This document shows, piece after piece, positions 44,470-54,310 of a DNA stretch of 64,000 nt. The stretch covers positions 1-64,000 of the forward strand of contig BTUM01000040.1 in NCBI GenBank assembly GCA_045863235.1, written 5' to 3'. Origin of the DNA: Candidatus Xenobia bacterium. Lineage in GTDB: Bacteria > Vulcanimicrobiota > Xenobia > Xenobiales > QWHO01. The translations under genes and the position numbers were made by a program. The number at the start of each line of letters is the position of its first letter. The first letter of the stretch is position 1. The notes below the pieces were generated by a model. It was not told where the DNA came from, did no database searches, and saw only the letters and a list, made by a program, of their open reading frames with translations.

Positions 44470-45612
44470 ATGACTCTAGCCTCTCCGGACAAGACCGGCG
44501 CCGCCCGCATGGCGCAGGTCTTCTGTCGCGCCCTGGGCGAAGCTGGTCATCGAGTTCGCCTGATCCATGGCCCACCGCCCGCTTCGAACATCCTCGACGA
44601 CATGCGCGCTGTCGGCGTAGACCCTAAACTGGAGGCTCGCCTGACCTTTCCGCTCAGCCCGGCGGTTCCGCGCCGGGTTGCCGAGCTGGCCCGGCAGTGG
44701 GGGGCGGGTGCCGTGATCGGGGTCAACCAGCGCGATCGGGCTGTTGCCCTGCAGGCGGCCCGCAGGCTGGGAGTACCAGGGCTGCTCATGATGCAGAGTC
44801 TGCACATGTTCTGGGGAGGGTGGCCCATCGCAGCTCTCAAGAGAGCCTATTACACGCGCACCCTGCAGCGCGATCTCCGGCTGGCGGTATGTTGCTCACT
44901 CGCGGTACAGACCGAGCTGGTGCAGGAGTTTGGCATCCAACCCGAGCGCACTGCCGTGCTCCCAAACGGGGTCGACCTGGAGAGGTATGTTCCCCTCCCC
45001 CCCGAGTCCCAGGCCCGCGTGCGCGCCGATCTCGGCCTGGCGGCTGACGAGCTGATGCTCTTGAACGTGGGCCGCATCGACCGGCAGAAGGGCCAGGATC
45101 TTCTTCTGGAAGCGCTCTCACAGGTTCACTCCGAACGACCGTGGCGTTTGGTGATCGTGGGCGGTGTCACCAGTGGAGCCGGGCAAGATCGCAGCGAGCA
45201 GTTTCGCCAGGGCCTGCTCCGCTCCGTGGAGCGCCTCGGCCTGGGCCCTCGCGTACTCTTCGCCGGCTGGCGAGAGGACATTCCAGCTCTCCTGGCTTCG
45301 GCCGACATTTATGTCCACCCGTCGCGCTACGAAGGCTGGCCGCTGGCCGTGGTCGAGGCCATGGCCTCGGGTCTGCCCGTGGTTGCCACTGATTGCGTGG
45401 GCCGGCCGGGCGGCTTCGAGGATGGCAAGCACGGTTTTATCGTCAGGACCGAGGACGTGCAGGCCCTGGCCCGGGCCCTGACCCGCACGTGCGCCCTCAC
45501 CGACCCGGAGCGTCAGAGCTGGGGAGCGGCCGGACGTGAACTGGCTCGGGCCCAATATGACGTGCGGGCGTTGGGACAGCGGTTCGTACAATTGGTGGAG
45601 GGAGTACTCTGA
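44470..45612 (+). CDS. Glycosyltransferase family 4
   Basis: LPNGVD, VGRIDRQKG, PSRYEGWPLAVVEAMASG. Confidence 0.93.
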   Translation: MTLASPDKTGAARMAQVFCRALGEAGHRVRLIHGPPPASNILDDMRAVGVDPKLEARLTFPLSPAVPRRVAELARQWGAGAVIGVNQRDRAVALQAARRLGVPGLLMMQSLHMFWGGWPIAALKRAYYTRTLQRDLRLAVCCSLAVQTELVQEFGIQPERTAVLPNGVDLERYVPLPPESQARVRADLGLAADELMLLNVGRIDRQKGQDLLLEALSQVHSERPWRLVIVGGVTSGAGQDRSEQFRQGLLRSVERLGLGPRVLFAGWREDIPALLASADIYVHPSRYEGWPLAVVEAMASGLPVVATDCVGRPGGFEDGKHGFIVRTEDVQALARALTRTCALTDPERQSWGAAGRELARAQYDVRALGQRFVQLVEGVL

Positions 45613-45626
45613 GCCGCGGCATCCTG

Positions 45627-46784
45627 ATGACCGTGGCTCGACCCGACAGCACGGGCGCGCATCGCATGGCCCATACGTTTGCGCTGGCCTTTCGAGCGGC
45701 AGGCTTTCGCGTGGGGATGGTCTTCGGACGCATCCTGGAGCCAGCCAACCTGCCACAGTCGGCCCGACAGATGATGGCCGAGCTGGCTGAGCACGGAGTT
45801 TCAACGTGGTATGAGCACGGGTTCGCCACCAACTGGTCCCCCCAACTGGTGCGCCTTCTGGCCGACCGAGCGCGCGAGCAGGCGGCCGACGCCCTGGTGG
45901 CCTTCAACCAACGCGATCGGAAATTTGCCATCTGGGCAGGTGCCCAGGCCGGGCTGCCCACCATCGTGAGCGTCCAGAACCAGCACACTTTTCACGGCCT
46001 TCCCATCGTCAAGCAAGTGAAGGCAGCCCTCTACGCCCGCGTGATCCGGAAAGCACGGCTGCTGGTCTGTACGTCCAACGTGGTCCAAGACGAGATGGTG
46101 GGTCGATTTGGCGCGGCGCGAGAGCGCACCACGGTGCTGCCCAACGGCATCAACCCGGCAAAATTCGGCCCCGCCGCCACCCGGGAGGGGCGCCTCTGGT
46201 CGCAGTGGGGCGTGGGCCCGGACGAGTTGGTGGCAGCCAATCTGGGTCGCCTCGACCGCCAGAAGGGCCAGGACTTGCTGCTTGAGGCCTTCGCTCGAGT
46301 GGCCGGGCGCATTCCCAGGCTGAAGCTTGGCTTGATCGGCTCGGCCTCCGGCCTCGGCGCCGAGTTCGAGCGCAATCTCCGGGCCCGGGTCCAGAGCCAG
46401 GGCCTGAGCGATCGCGTGGTCTTCACCGGCTGGCGTGACGATACCCCGCGCCTTCTGGCCGAAGCCGACCTCTACATCCACAGCGCTCGTTGGGAAGGGC
46501 CGCCTGGAGGCCTGGCACTGCTGGAGGCCATGGCCTCCCACCTTCCGGTCGCCTACACCGACTGCTCCGGCCCGCTTCCGGGTTTCGAGGAGGGCCGCCA
46601 CGGCTGGCTCGTCCGCAACGCAGACGTGGCGGACATGGCCAGGGCCCTGGAGCAACTCGCCTCGCTCGAGCCTGCCCGGCGGGCAGAACTCGGTCGCGAG
46701 TGCCGACGACTGGTGGAAGAACGATATGACGCCGAGCAGGTTATCGCCCCGAGGTTCGTGGAGCTGACAGAGGGAGTGCTGTAA
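45627..46784 (+). CDS. Glycosyltransferase family 4
   Basis: LPNGIN, LGRLDRQKG, LALLEAMAS. Confidence 0.93.
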   Translation: MTVARPDSTGAHRMAHTFALAFRAAGFRVGMVFGRILEPANLPQSARQMMAELAEHGVSTWYEHGFATNWSPQLVRLLADRAREQAADALVAFNQRDRKFAIWAGAQAGLPTIVSVQNQHTFHGLPIVKQVKAALYARVIRKARLLVCTSNVVQDEMVGRFGAARERTTVLPNGINPAKFGPAATREGRLWSQWGVGPDELVAANLGRLDRQKGQDLLLEAFARVAGRIPRLKLGLIGSASGLGAEFERNLRARVQSQGLSDRVVFTGWRDDTPRLLAEADLYIHSARWEGPPGGLALLEAMASHLPVAYTDCSGPLPGFEEGRHGWLVRNADVADMARALEQLASLEPARRAELGRECRRLVEERYDAEQVIAPRFVELTEGVL

Positions 46785-47497
46785 TGCTGAAGAGGCTGCT
46801 CAAAAGACTGCTGGAGGCGAGTGGCTACACGGTCGTGCCCGATGGCTGGAGCCCGCGCCGTCTGCGCAGACCCGGCTTTGCCCCCAGAGTCGTGGTGGAC
46901 GTTGGTGTAGCCTCCGGGACCGCGCGCCTTTATCAGGCCTTTCCCGAGGCCTATTTCTTGCTCATCGAAGCCCTGGGCGAGAATGAGCCCCACTTACGAG
47001 AGATTCTACACCGTTACCGGGGGGATTACGTCATCGCCGCGGCCGGCGCCAGCCAGGGCAAGGGCATCATCAACGTCGAGCCCGTCCAGCAAGGACGGGG
47101 AAGCTCCCTGCTCACTCGCACAGCCCAGACCTCCAAGGGGGTCAGGCTGGAGCGACGGGAGGTGCCAATCGAGACGCTAGACAGTCTTGTTGCAGGCCGC
47201 CACCTGCAGGGTCCCTTCGGCCTGAAAATCGACACCGAGGGGTTCGAGCTGGAAGTCATCCGCGGGGCCACCAACCTGCTGCGTGAAACCCAGTTCGTGC
47301 TCGCCGAAGTCTCGGTTATCGAACGCTTTGAGGGTAGCTACTCCTTCAGTGACTTCATCGCTGCCATGTCCGAGCGGGAATTCGAGCTCAGCGACGTCCT
47401 GTCGGTGGGTCGTTCCAGGGGCAAGGCGATCCATATCGACGCCCTCTTTACGCCGAGGGCTCCGACTCCCGGAGCGACCGGCTCAAAGAGTCGTTGA
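46784..47497 (+). CDS. FkbM family methyltransferase
   Basis: VVDVGVASG, LKIDTEGFELEVIRG. Confidence 0.92.
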   Translation: MLKRLLKRLLEASGYTVVPDGWSPRRLRRPGFAPRVVVDVGVASGTARLYQAFPEAYFLLIEALGENEPHLREILHRYRGDYVIAAAGASQGKGIINVEPVQQGRGSSLLTRTAQTSKGVRLERREVPIETLDSLVAGRHLQGPFGLKIDTEGFELEVIRGATNLLRETQFVLAEVSVIERFEGSYSFSDFIAAMSEREFELSDVLSVGRSRGKAIHIDALFTPRAPTPGATGSKSR

Positions 47498-48725
47498 GGT
47501 AGGCAAGGCGCCAGATGCTGATGCTGGCGATGTAGAGCGAGCGCATCACGGCGATGCCAATCTCCCCGAACATGGCTGCCCCCACCAGGCAGCCGGTCAG
47601 TCCGAAAACGGTGGTCACGGCAGCCGAACGGCGCCAGAACTGCTCATGGCCTCCGATCAAGAGGGCCTGCCCAACGGGGCCGCTGGCCGCATTCAGGAAG
47701 GCACCCACCAACGAGATCTGCAAGATCAGCTCGCCGCCCTGGAAGGTATTGCCGAAGTATGAGAGGATCTCGGTGGGGAAGAACATTCCCATCAACGTGA
47801 ACGGAAGAGCCCACAGCCCCGACCCCAGGCACCCCATCCAGAGCAACTTGTGTGCCTGAGCGTAGCGCTTGCCCACGATGGCGCCTCCCAGCATCGGGGC
47901 GACGGCGGACGCCAGCGCCTGGTTGGCAAAGGCCAGCACATCCACCAAACGCCGGGCAAGCGCATAGATACCCACCTGGCTCACACCCACGAAGGGCGAG
48001 AGCATCATGACATCACCCTGGTTGATCAGACGCTGCCCCATCAACCCGGCCATCAGGGAAGAGGCCACTTTCTGCCAGTATCGAGTGCGATACTCGCGCA
48101 CGGGCGGCCCCGGGAGGACCCGACGCAAGCGCAGGCCCTGCAGGAGCAAGGCCACCAGGTTACCCACCAGATACAGGGTCACAACCCCATCGATGCCCGG
48201 GTTCCTCCAGATCACCATTCCCAGGATCACCACCGTCGGCGAAACCAGGTGGACGAAGACCAGCCCATCCCTGACGTGCTGGAGGGTAAGCAGAATCTGC
48301 TGCTGGATGCGTATCAATGTGTAAGAAGGGAGCAGCAAGGCGATCCCCAGCAAGACCATGGCAGTATTGGGGTCAGGTCGCCAGATCTGCTCGAGCGCAA
48401 GGAACCCCAGCGAGCAAACCAGGGTGGTGAGGCCACAGAATTGCTGGGAGCGGGTCACCAGGCCCCACATCAGGGAGTGCTGCTGGCCTTCGCGGTACTC
48501 AGCCACAAACTTCGGGGTGCTCTCGAACCAGCCCAGGGGAAGGAGCGAGGAGAGAACCATCAGAGCCGAGAGGATGATGCCGAACACGCCGTAACCCGCG
48601 GATCCGAGCTCGCGCGCAACCAGGGCCTGCATCACGAGCCCCACCGCCATGCCCGACACCGTCAAGGCAAAAGAGACCAGCGATCGTCTTCCGGCGCGGC
48701 GAACAAGCCCGTCGCGAGGTTTCAT
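47448..48725 (-). CDS. Wzx-like oligosaccharide flippase
   Basis: Polytopic; ARELGSAGYG, DVMML...QVGIYALA. Confidence 0.85.
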   Translation of the reverse strand: MKPRDGLVRRAGRRSLVSFALTVSGMAVGLVMQALVARELGSAGYGVFGIILSALMVLSSLLPLGWFESTPKFVAEYREGQQHSLMWGLVTRSQQFCGLTTLVCSLGFLALEQIWRPDPNTAMVLLGIALLLPSYTLIRIQQQILLTLQHVRDGLVFVHLVSPTVVILGMVIWRNPGIDGVVTLYLVGNLVALLLQGLRLRRVLPGPPVREYRTRYWQKVASSLMAGLMGQRLINQGDVMMLSPFVGVSQVGIYALARRLVDVLAFANQALASAVAPMLGGAIVGKRYAQAHKLLWMGCLGSGLWALPFTLMGMFFPTEILSYFGNTFQGGELILQISLVGAFLNAASGPVGQALLIGGHEQFWRRSAAVTTVFGLTGCLVGAAMFGEIGIAVMRSLYIASISIWRLAYLNDSLSRSLRESEPSA

Positions 48726-49852
48726 GCGGACAACCGCTCGTGATAGAGCGCCAGGACCTGAGCACAGGTCTGCTCCAGCGAGAGCCGGCTTTGACACACC
48801 TGGCGGTGATTGGGCGGAGTATCCTGGCCCTCCAGCCAGGACTCGAATCCTCGCGCCACTCCCTCCACATCCCCCACCGGGACGTAGGTAAGGCGGTTGA
48901 GCCCGAGCGTACCGAAAAGTCGATTGCCGGGCGCGTCTGTCAGCACCAGGGGGAGGTCGCAAGCCAGCGCTTCCAAGGCCGAGATGGGGAGCCCCTCGAA
49001 GCGCGAGGTCAGGGCGAAGCCATCCAGGGCGTGGTAGAACGGGCGCGGATCGGCCAGGCCCTCCACGCGACGGACCTTCTCACCCAGGTCTTCGCTTTGA
49101 AGGATAGCGGTCAGTACCCCCTCCAGCTCACCCTCTCCGAGGTGCAGCAGGCGCGCCCGGGGATGCCGGCGGACGAAGAGAGCGAAGCTGCGATAGAGCA
49201 CCTCCGGGTTCTTCTGGTAGCTCAAGCGGCCCAGACTGCCCAGCACGGGGGCGTCCGGGGGAAGACCCAGTGCCTGGCGAGCGGCCAGCTTCTGAGCCGG
49301 GGTAGCGGGCTCGAAGTAGCTCGTGTCCACCCCGTTGGGCACCAATCTCTGCAGATGAGCGGGCACGCCAAGATGGCGGCGCGCGAAGTCGATCTCCTCG
49401 GGCGAGACGTTCACGGTGACTGCCAGCCTGCTCAACACTCGCTCGATCGCGTTGAAGAATTGAGACCTGAGGCCGCGTCTGCCCATTCCATAATAGGCGT
49501 TCGGGGTGTACAGGCAAGGACAACGGCACGAACGGGCCGTCAGTCGAGCCAGGGCACCCGCTTTGGAGCTGTGGGCATGCACGATGTCCGCGCTCTGCTG
49601 GCAAATCAGCTTCCGCAGCTGGTGGGCAGCGGCCAGATCGCGCCAGCCGGGCGCATTGCCCACCCTCAGATCGCACAGCCCTCCGCCCGCCCGGCGGACC
49701 GTCTCAATCAGGTCCCAGAGCCGGGGAGACGTGCGAGCGGTCGAGTAGGCCAGGCTGACCTGATGCCCGGCAGCGGGCTGGCTGGCCACCAGGCCCTCGA
49801 CGTGGCGCAGCACGCCGCCGAAGCCAGGCTCCATGACGTGGACGACTCGCAT
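48722..49852 (-). CDS. Glycosyltransferase family 4
   Basis: HAHSSKAG, GRLSYQKN, SRFEGLPISALEA. Confidence 0.93.
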   Translation of the reverse strand: MRVVHVMEPGFGGVLRHVEGLVASQPAAGHQVSLAYSTARTSPRLWDLIETVRRAGGGLCDLRVGNAPGWRDLAAAHQLRKLICQQSADIVHAHSSKAGALARLTARSCRCPCLYTPNAYYGMGRRGLRSQFFNAIERVLSRLAVTVNVSPEEIDFARRHLGVPAHLQRLVPNGVDTSYFEPATPAQKLAARQALGLPPDAPVLGSLGRLSYQKNPEVLYRSFALFVRRHPRARLLHLGEGELEGVLTAILQSEDLGEKVRRVEGLADPRPFYHALDGFALTSRFEGLPISALEALACDLPLVLTDAPGNRLFGTLGLNRLTYVPVGDVEGVARGFESWLEGQDTPPNHRQVCQSRLSLEQTCAQVLALYHERLSA

Positions 49853-50775
49853 CAGGTCCCGTCAGTTTCTATCCAATGAGACAGGTCGCGACCCAGGAGT
49901 CCTTCGAGCTTTCTCACGTCATCCGAGTAGTAGTCCCGCAAGCGCGCCCGCATCGCGGGTGCCATGGGCTCGCGCTCCAGGTTACGCCGCGACACGAAGT
50001 CTCGTACGCCGGAGGTGAGCGATCTGGGCAGGATATTGCGAAGCGCGCGTTTCCAGCCTGAGGGCCTGCCCAGAATCGACTGGATCAGCCGATTCTTGGG
50101 ACGGCCCGAGACAAGGGCCTCGGGGCGATTGTCGTACTCGTGGTCAGGGGTGACTCCGATGAACTCACAACACTCGCGGATCACCCTCTCTGGATCGAGG
50201 CGAAAATCGTCGTAGATCAAGACCTTGAGCTGCCCAGGGCCAAAGGCCGCCATGAAGGGGCCCAGTTGCTCGGAGTAGAGCCCCATTCGCCGGTAGTGCC
50301 AGATGTGGTGATAATTCCTGGCCAATCTCTCGGGCTCGAGATCCCAGGCCTGCTCGAAGCTCTGCACCGGCTCGCGGGTGAGGGAGAGGTAGTACATGTA
50401 GGCTGAATAAGCCCGGTCGATCGGGTTGCGCAGGATGCAGATCAGCCTGGCGTCGGGTGTGTAGGTCTTGATGTTCCGGATACTGTTCTCCGGGTAATAG
50501 AGCGTAGAAACCGAGCCCTCTCCTGCCGCTTTGTAGCCAGCCGATCTCGCGAACAGCGCCTCGTAGTCCTCGATCCGCGTGATGGCCCGCTGATTGATGA
50601 TCTGATCGTCATACGGGCCCTGGAAGTTTGGCGTGGTCCCCCCCATGGCCATGAAATGAGGCTCTTTCGGTTCGCACACGAAGATCTCCGGATGCTGGGC
50701 CAGGTATTGGAACAGGGCAGTGGTACCGGACTTGGCAGCCCCTATGATAAGAAAGCTCGGTCGGGCGGGCGGCAT
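49852..50775 (-). CDS. PAPS-dependent sulfotransferase
   Basis: FLIIGAAKSGTT, KEPHF, LRNPIDRAYS. Confidence 0.92.
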   Translation of the reverse strand: MPPARPSFLIIGAAKSGTTALFQYLAQHPEIFVCEPKEPHFMAMGGTTPNFQGPYDDQIINQRAITRIEDYEALFARSAGYKAAGEGSVSTLYYPENSIRNIKTYTPDARLICILRNPIDRAYSAYMYYLSLTREPVQSFEQAWDLEPERLARNYHHIWHYRRMGLYSEQLGPFMAAFGPGQLKVLIYDDFRLDPERVIRECCEFIGVTPDHEYDNRPEALVSGRPKNRLIQSILGRPSGWKRALRNILPRSLTSGVRDFVSRRNLEREPMAPAMRARLRDYYSDDVRKLEGLLGRDLSHWIETDGT

Positions 50776-50865
50776 GGTACTCAGGGGCACGTCTCTTAAC
50801 CGCCCGGCCACGGATTCCTCTCCCGAGAGGTTATTTCTGTAGGTCCCGGAATAGTCGGCACACCC

Positions 50866-51453
50866 ATGAAGCGACCCTGGGACATCCTCTTTGCGACCAT
50901 CCTGGCCCTTCTGGTGCTGCTTGGAACTTTCTGGGGGCTGACCGAGTATGTTCGCATCTACCGCCGGCCGGCTCAGAACTGGCTGCCCCAGGGCTCTTTT
51001 AGACCAGACCTTCATGGGCAGCCGCAGGGCTGGCATACGACCGGGCTGGCCTGTCTGCGCTTCGAGCGAACCAGCGGGCACCTGCCTCTCAACTACCTGC
51101 ACCTGGAGATGGGCTCCGAGGCCGCCTGGACAGAATTGCCCTTGGGACAAGGGTGGCGTCTCATCCACCTTTCGGCCTGGTTTCGCCGGGCAAAACCAGG
51201 CCCACAGCCCGCTGGCGCGATTCTTGGGTTCTTCATGAGAGGAGAGCAGGTCCTTGGCAGGCAGCGTCTGGAATTCGGCGATGCCGATGATGACGACTGG
51301 CACCAGCGCGAGGCCATCTGGATCCGGCCGCCAGAATCCACCACCCTTCGGCTGGTGCTCAGCGCCACCGGTCCAGAGCCCCTGGACGTAGCCGAAATCG
51401 TCACTGTTCCGAGCTATCTGTATTCGGAGATGCGGAAGGTTCCAACTCATTGA
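50866..51453 (+). CDS. Hypothetical membrane-anchored protein (possible carbohydrate-binding fold)
   Basis: N-terminal TM helix, aromatic-rich beta segments. Confidence 0.55.
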   Translation: MKRPWDILFATILALLVLLGTFWGLTEYVRIYRRPAQNWLPQGSFRPDLHGQPQGWHTTGLACLRFERTSGHLPLNYLHLEMGSEAAWTELPLGQGWRLIHLSAWFRRAKPGPQPAGAILGFFMRGEQVLGRQRLEFGDADDDDWHQREAIWIRPPESTTLRLVLSATGPEPLDVAEIVTVPSYLYSEMRKVPTH

Positions 51454-52564
51454 ATCGCTGCACCAGGAGCTGGGTGGCCGCCACGTAGAGGATCCATTCG
51501 GAGAAGTGTCCTGCGTGGGGCGGGCTGACCTCCACCAGGTTCATCAGGAAGTAGAAGAGCAGGTAGAGAAGTGGCGCCGCCAGGTGAAAGTCCAGGGGCC
51601 GCCCCCACATCTGGCGCAGCCCGGCCAGAACGCACCAGGCACCGTCCCATAACAAGAGGAAGCATCCCACGATGCCCAGTTGCACGACCAGATTCAAGAC
51701 TCCATTGTGGCTGTGGACGGTGTTCTCAAACGCGGGGGGCTCAACATGAGAAAAGCCGTGACCCCACCAGAGACTTTCCAGCGCCCAGCGAGTGCTGCCA
51801 CTCCAGATTTTTACGCGCCCGCTCAAGACAGGGGAACGATCGAGCAGGTTGAGCCCCGGTTTCCAGTTGACCACCAGCATGGCCACCGTTGTCAGGGCCA
51901 GCAGCAATGTGACCAGGCGCAGGCGCGGGTTGCGCAGGCCACGCACCACGAGTTCCACAAGCAAGCAGAAGCAAACCGCCACGGTGGGGGTCATTGAGTC
52001 CGAACCGATCAGCATGGTGATGGCCAGAACCAGGACCGGGATGCGGTAGAGCAGACGCAGACGGTGGGCGGGCAGAAGCGTGGCGATGAGAAAGGCCAGT
52101 CCGGCCAGGCGTCCCAGGGCATTCTTGTGAGGCAAGAGCCCTTTCCACTGGCCGTTCGGGCTCAGACCCTCGGCTGGCAGCCAGAATACGGCTACCAGGT
52201 TCAGACCAAGGGTAAATGCCAGGGCGAGCAGCACCAATCGGGCAACGCCCGAGGCTCGATAGCGGCGCGCCAGGCAGAGCCCCAACCAGAAGTCGGCGCC
52301 GAGCACCAGAGCCGCTTCCAGGGTTCGGTGGCCAGGAGACCAGAGCGAGGAGAGGAGGGCCAGGCCGACGTAGGCCCAGAGCAGAGGACGCCCCAGTGCA
52401 GCTCGAAAGTCTTCCGTGGTGCAGAATATCAGGGCCACCAGCGTCACCCAGCCCCAGTTCGGGCTCGGGAAAGGAGTCAGGAAACCCACCACCAGAACCG
52501 TCACAAAGCAAACGGAGGTACAGTTGCGGCCCAGGGGGTGGTCGCGTCGAGTCGCCTGCCACAA
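51401..52564 (-). CDS. O-antigen ligase/polymerase family protein
   Basis: WKGLLPHKNALG, LSGRVKIW, HSHNG; start uncertain. Confidence 0.85.
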   Translation of the reverse strand: MWQATRRDHPLGRNCTSVCFVTVLVVGFLTPFPSPNWGWVTLVALIFCTTEDFRAALGRPLLWAYVGLALLSSLWSPGHRTLEAALVLGADFWLGLCLARRYRASGVARLVLLALAFTLGLNLVAVFWLPAEGLSPNGQWKGLLPHKNALGRLAGLAFLIATLLPAHRLRLLYRIPVLVLAITMLIGSDSMTPTVAVCFCLLVELVVRGLRNPRLRLVTLLLALTTVAMLVVNWKPGLNLLDRSPVLSGRVKIWSGSTRWALESLWWGHGFSHVEPPAFENTVHSHNGVLNLVVQLGIVGCFLLLWDGAWCVLAGLRQMWGRPLDFHLAAPLLYLLFYFLMNLVEVSPPHAGHFSEWILYVAATQLLVQRFNELEPSASPNTDSSEQ

Positions 52565-52603
52565 CGAGCGCAGGACCGACTGCTCGGGTGAGGCGGAAAT
52601 GTC

Positions 52604-53299
52604 TCAGTAAGCTCCCTTGCCCGAGAGCACCGCTCCAAAGGTGCGAGCCAGGATTCGAAGGTCAAGTCCCAGGGACCAGCTACGGATATAGCGCATGTCG
52701 AGGGCGATCCGCTCTTCGTAAGTGGTGTCGTTACGGCCCGACACCTGCCACAGACCTGTGAGCCCGGGCCGGGCCTCCTGATAAACCTGGAAACGCGCGC
52801 CCCAGCGGTTGACCTCAACGGGATCGTAGATGGGACGAGGGCCTACCAGGCTCATCTCCCCGGTGAGGACGTTGAAAATCTGGGGCAATTCGTCCAAAGA
52901 GAAGCGCCGCAGCCATCGTCCGATACGGGTGATGCGCGGGTCGTCCTTGAGCTTCTGGGTGGCGATCCACTCCTCAACGGCCTGAGGATGCTCGGCCAGG
53001 TAGGCCTCCAGGACCTCCTGGGAGTTCATGACCATGGTGCGCAACTTCCACATGGTGTATCTCTTCCCACGGTAGCCGATGCGGCCGTGGCCATACCAGG
53101 CCGAGCCGCGGCTTTCGAGGGTGACCGCCAGGGCCAGCAGGGTGAGCAGCGGGAGCCAGAACAGAACGCTCAGGCATACCAGGGCAAGATCGAGCAAGCG
53201 CTTGGTGCGGCATTCTCCCAGACACCTGGGAGAATATCCCCCAGGTAGGGCCTCAGGTATGGCCGTGGACGGATCCGTGACTTTCGTCTTTGATTCCAA
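52604..53299 (-). CDS. Priming undecaprenyl-phosphate sugar transferase (WbaP/ExoY C-terminal type)
   Basis: KRLLDL, KLRTM, KLKDDPRIT, SLDELPQ, MSLVGPRP, PGLTGLWQVSGR; TTG start at 53299 inferred from a GGGAG RBS. Confidence 0.92.
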   Translation of the reverse strand: MESKTKVTDPSTAIPEALPGGYSPRCLGECRTKRLLDLALVCLSVLFWLPLLTLLALAVTLESRGSAWYGHGRIGYRGKRYTMWKLRTMVMNSQEVLEAYLAEHPQAVEEWIATQKLKDDPRITRIGRWLRRFSLDELPQIFNVLTGEMSLVGPRPIYDPVEVNRWGARFQVYQEARPGLTGLWQVSGRNDTTYEERIALDMRYIRSWSLGLDLRILARTFGAVLSGKGAY

Positions 53300-53460
53300 C
53301 AGTGCGCTCCCGGCAAGGCGTTCAGGAAGCCTGCCGCTTCTTCGGAAGCCCCCGGGCTCCTGCCAGAAAGGCCCAAAACAAGCAGAATTCCAGCCCACCA
53401 TGAGGCACACGACCCGCATCGGGAGGACTCCAATGGGAGCCGACGAAAGGCCGGCGCCCA

Positions 53461-54309
53461 ATGAGCTCTTCGGATTCACTCGCGCAGCGTATCAAGGAGC
53501 TTGGTCCGTGGCACCACAACGTTGAGCTGCAGCCGGGCCTGAGTACTCTTACCGTGGCGGGCGCCGGTGGCCATGTGGAAGGCGGCGGGCCGGTTCGGAT
53601 GGTGCGAGACGAGACGAACTTCAAAGGCCTCATGCAGGCTATCTACCCCGGCGGTCTGGCAGGCAAGAGCTTTCTCGACTCGGCCTGCAACTGCGGTGCT
53701 TACTCCTTCTGGATGGCCGATCTCGGCGCCACCCGAACCTTTGGCTTTGATGCCCGCGACAAGTGGATCGACCAGGCCAACTTCCTCAAGAGCCACCGGG
53801 CCGGCTTCAGCGAGGGGTGCCAGTTCCAGGTCAGTGACCTGTACGCTCTTCCCAGGCTCGGGCTCTCGCCGTTCGACATCACCCTGTTCAAAGGGATCTT
53901 CTACCACCTGCCCGACCCCATCGGGGGCCTGCGACTGGTGGCAGATCTGACGCGTGAGCTACTGATTGTGGGTACGGCTACCCGACTGTCCATCACGCCC
54001 GGCCTGGTGCTTGCCAACGAGAACGTTCAGCACCTGATGAGCGGCATCCACGGCACCAACTGGTTCCCCACCAGCCCCCGAGTGGTGCAGCGCCTGCTGA
54101 TGGACATGGGCTTCAAGGAATTCCGGACAACCTTCTGGCACAAGCTCCCACGCTGGAAATCCACCGGCAACCGGGGCCTGCTTCACTACTGCAAGAACCT
54201 GCTCAAGGCCACTGGCCGCACGGAGGTGCTGGCTGCTCGCACACCTGGCTTCTTCGAGCACCTGGACCGCTCCGGATTCACCCGCCGCTACGACGTGCCG
54301 CAGGACTGA
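53461..54309 (+). CDS. Class I SAM methyltransferase, paralog of 43536-44369
   Basis: SFLDSACNCGAYS, GIFYHLPDP. Confidence 0.85.
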   Translation: MSSSDSLAQRIKELGPWHHNVELQPGLSTLTVAGAGGHVEGGGPVRMVRDETNFKGLMQAIYPGGLAGKSFLDSACNCGAYSFWMADLGATRTFGFDARDKWIDQANFLKSHRAGFSEGCQFQVSDLYALPRLGLSPFDITLFKGIFYHLPDPIGGLRLVADLTRELLIVGTATRLSITPGLVLANENVQHLMSGIHGTNWFPTSPRVVQRLLMDMGFKEFRTTFWHKLPRWKSTGNRGLLHYCKNLLKATGRTEVLAARTPGFFEHLDRSGFTRRYDVPQD

Positions 54310-54310
54310 C

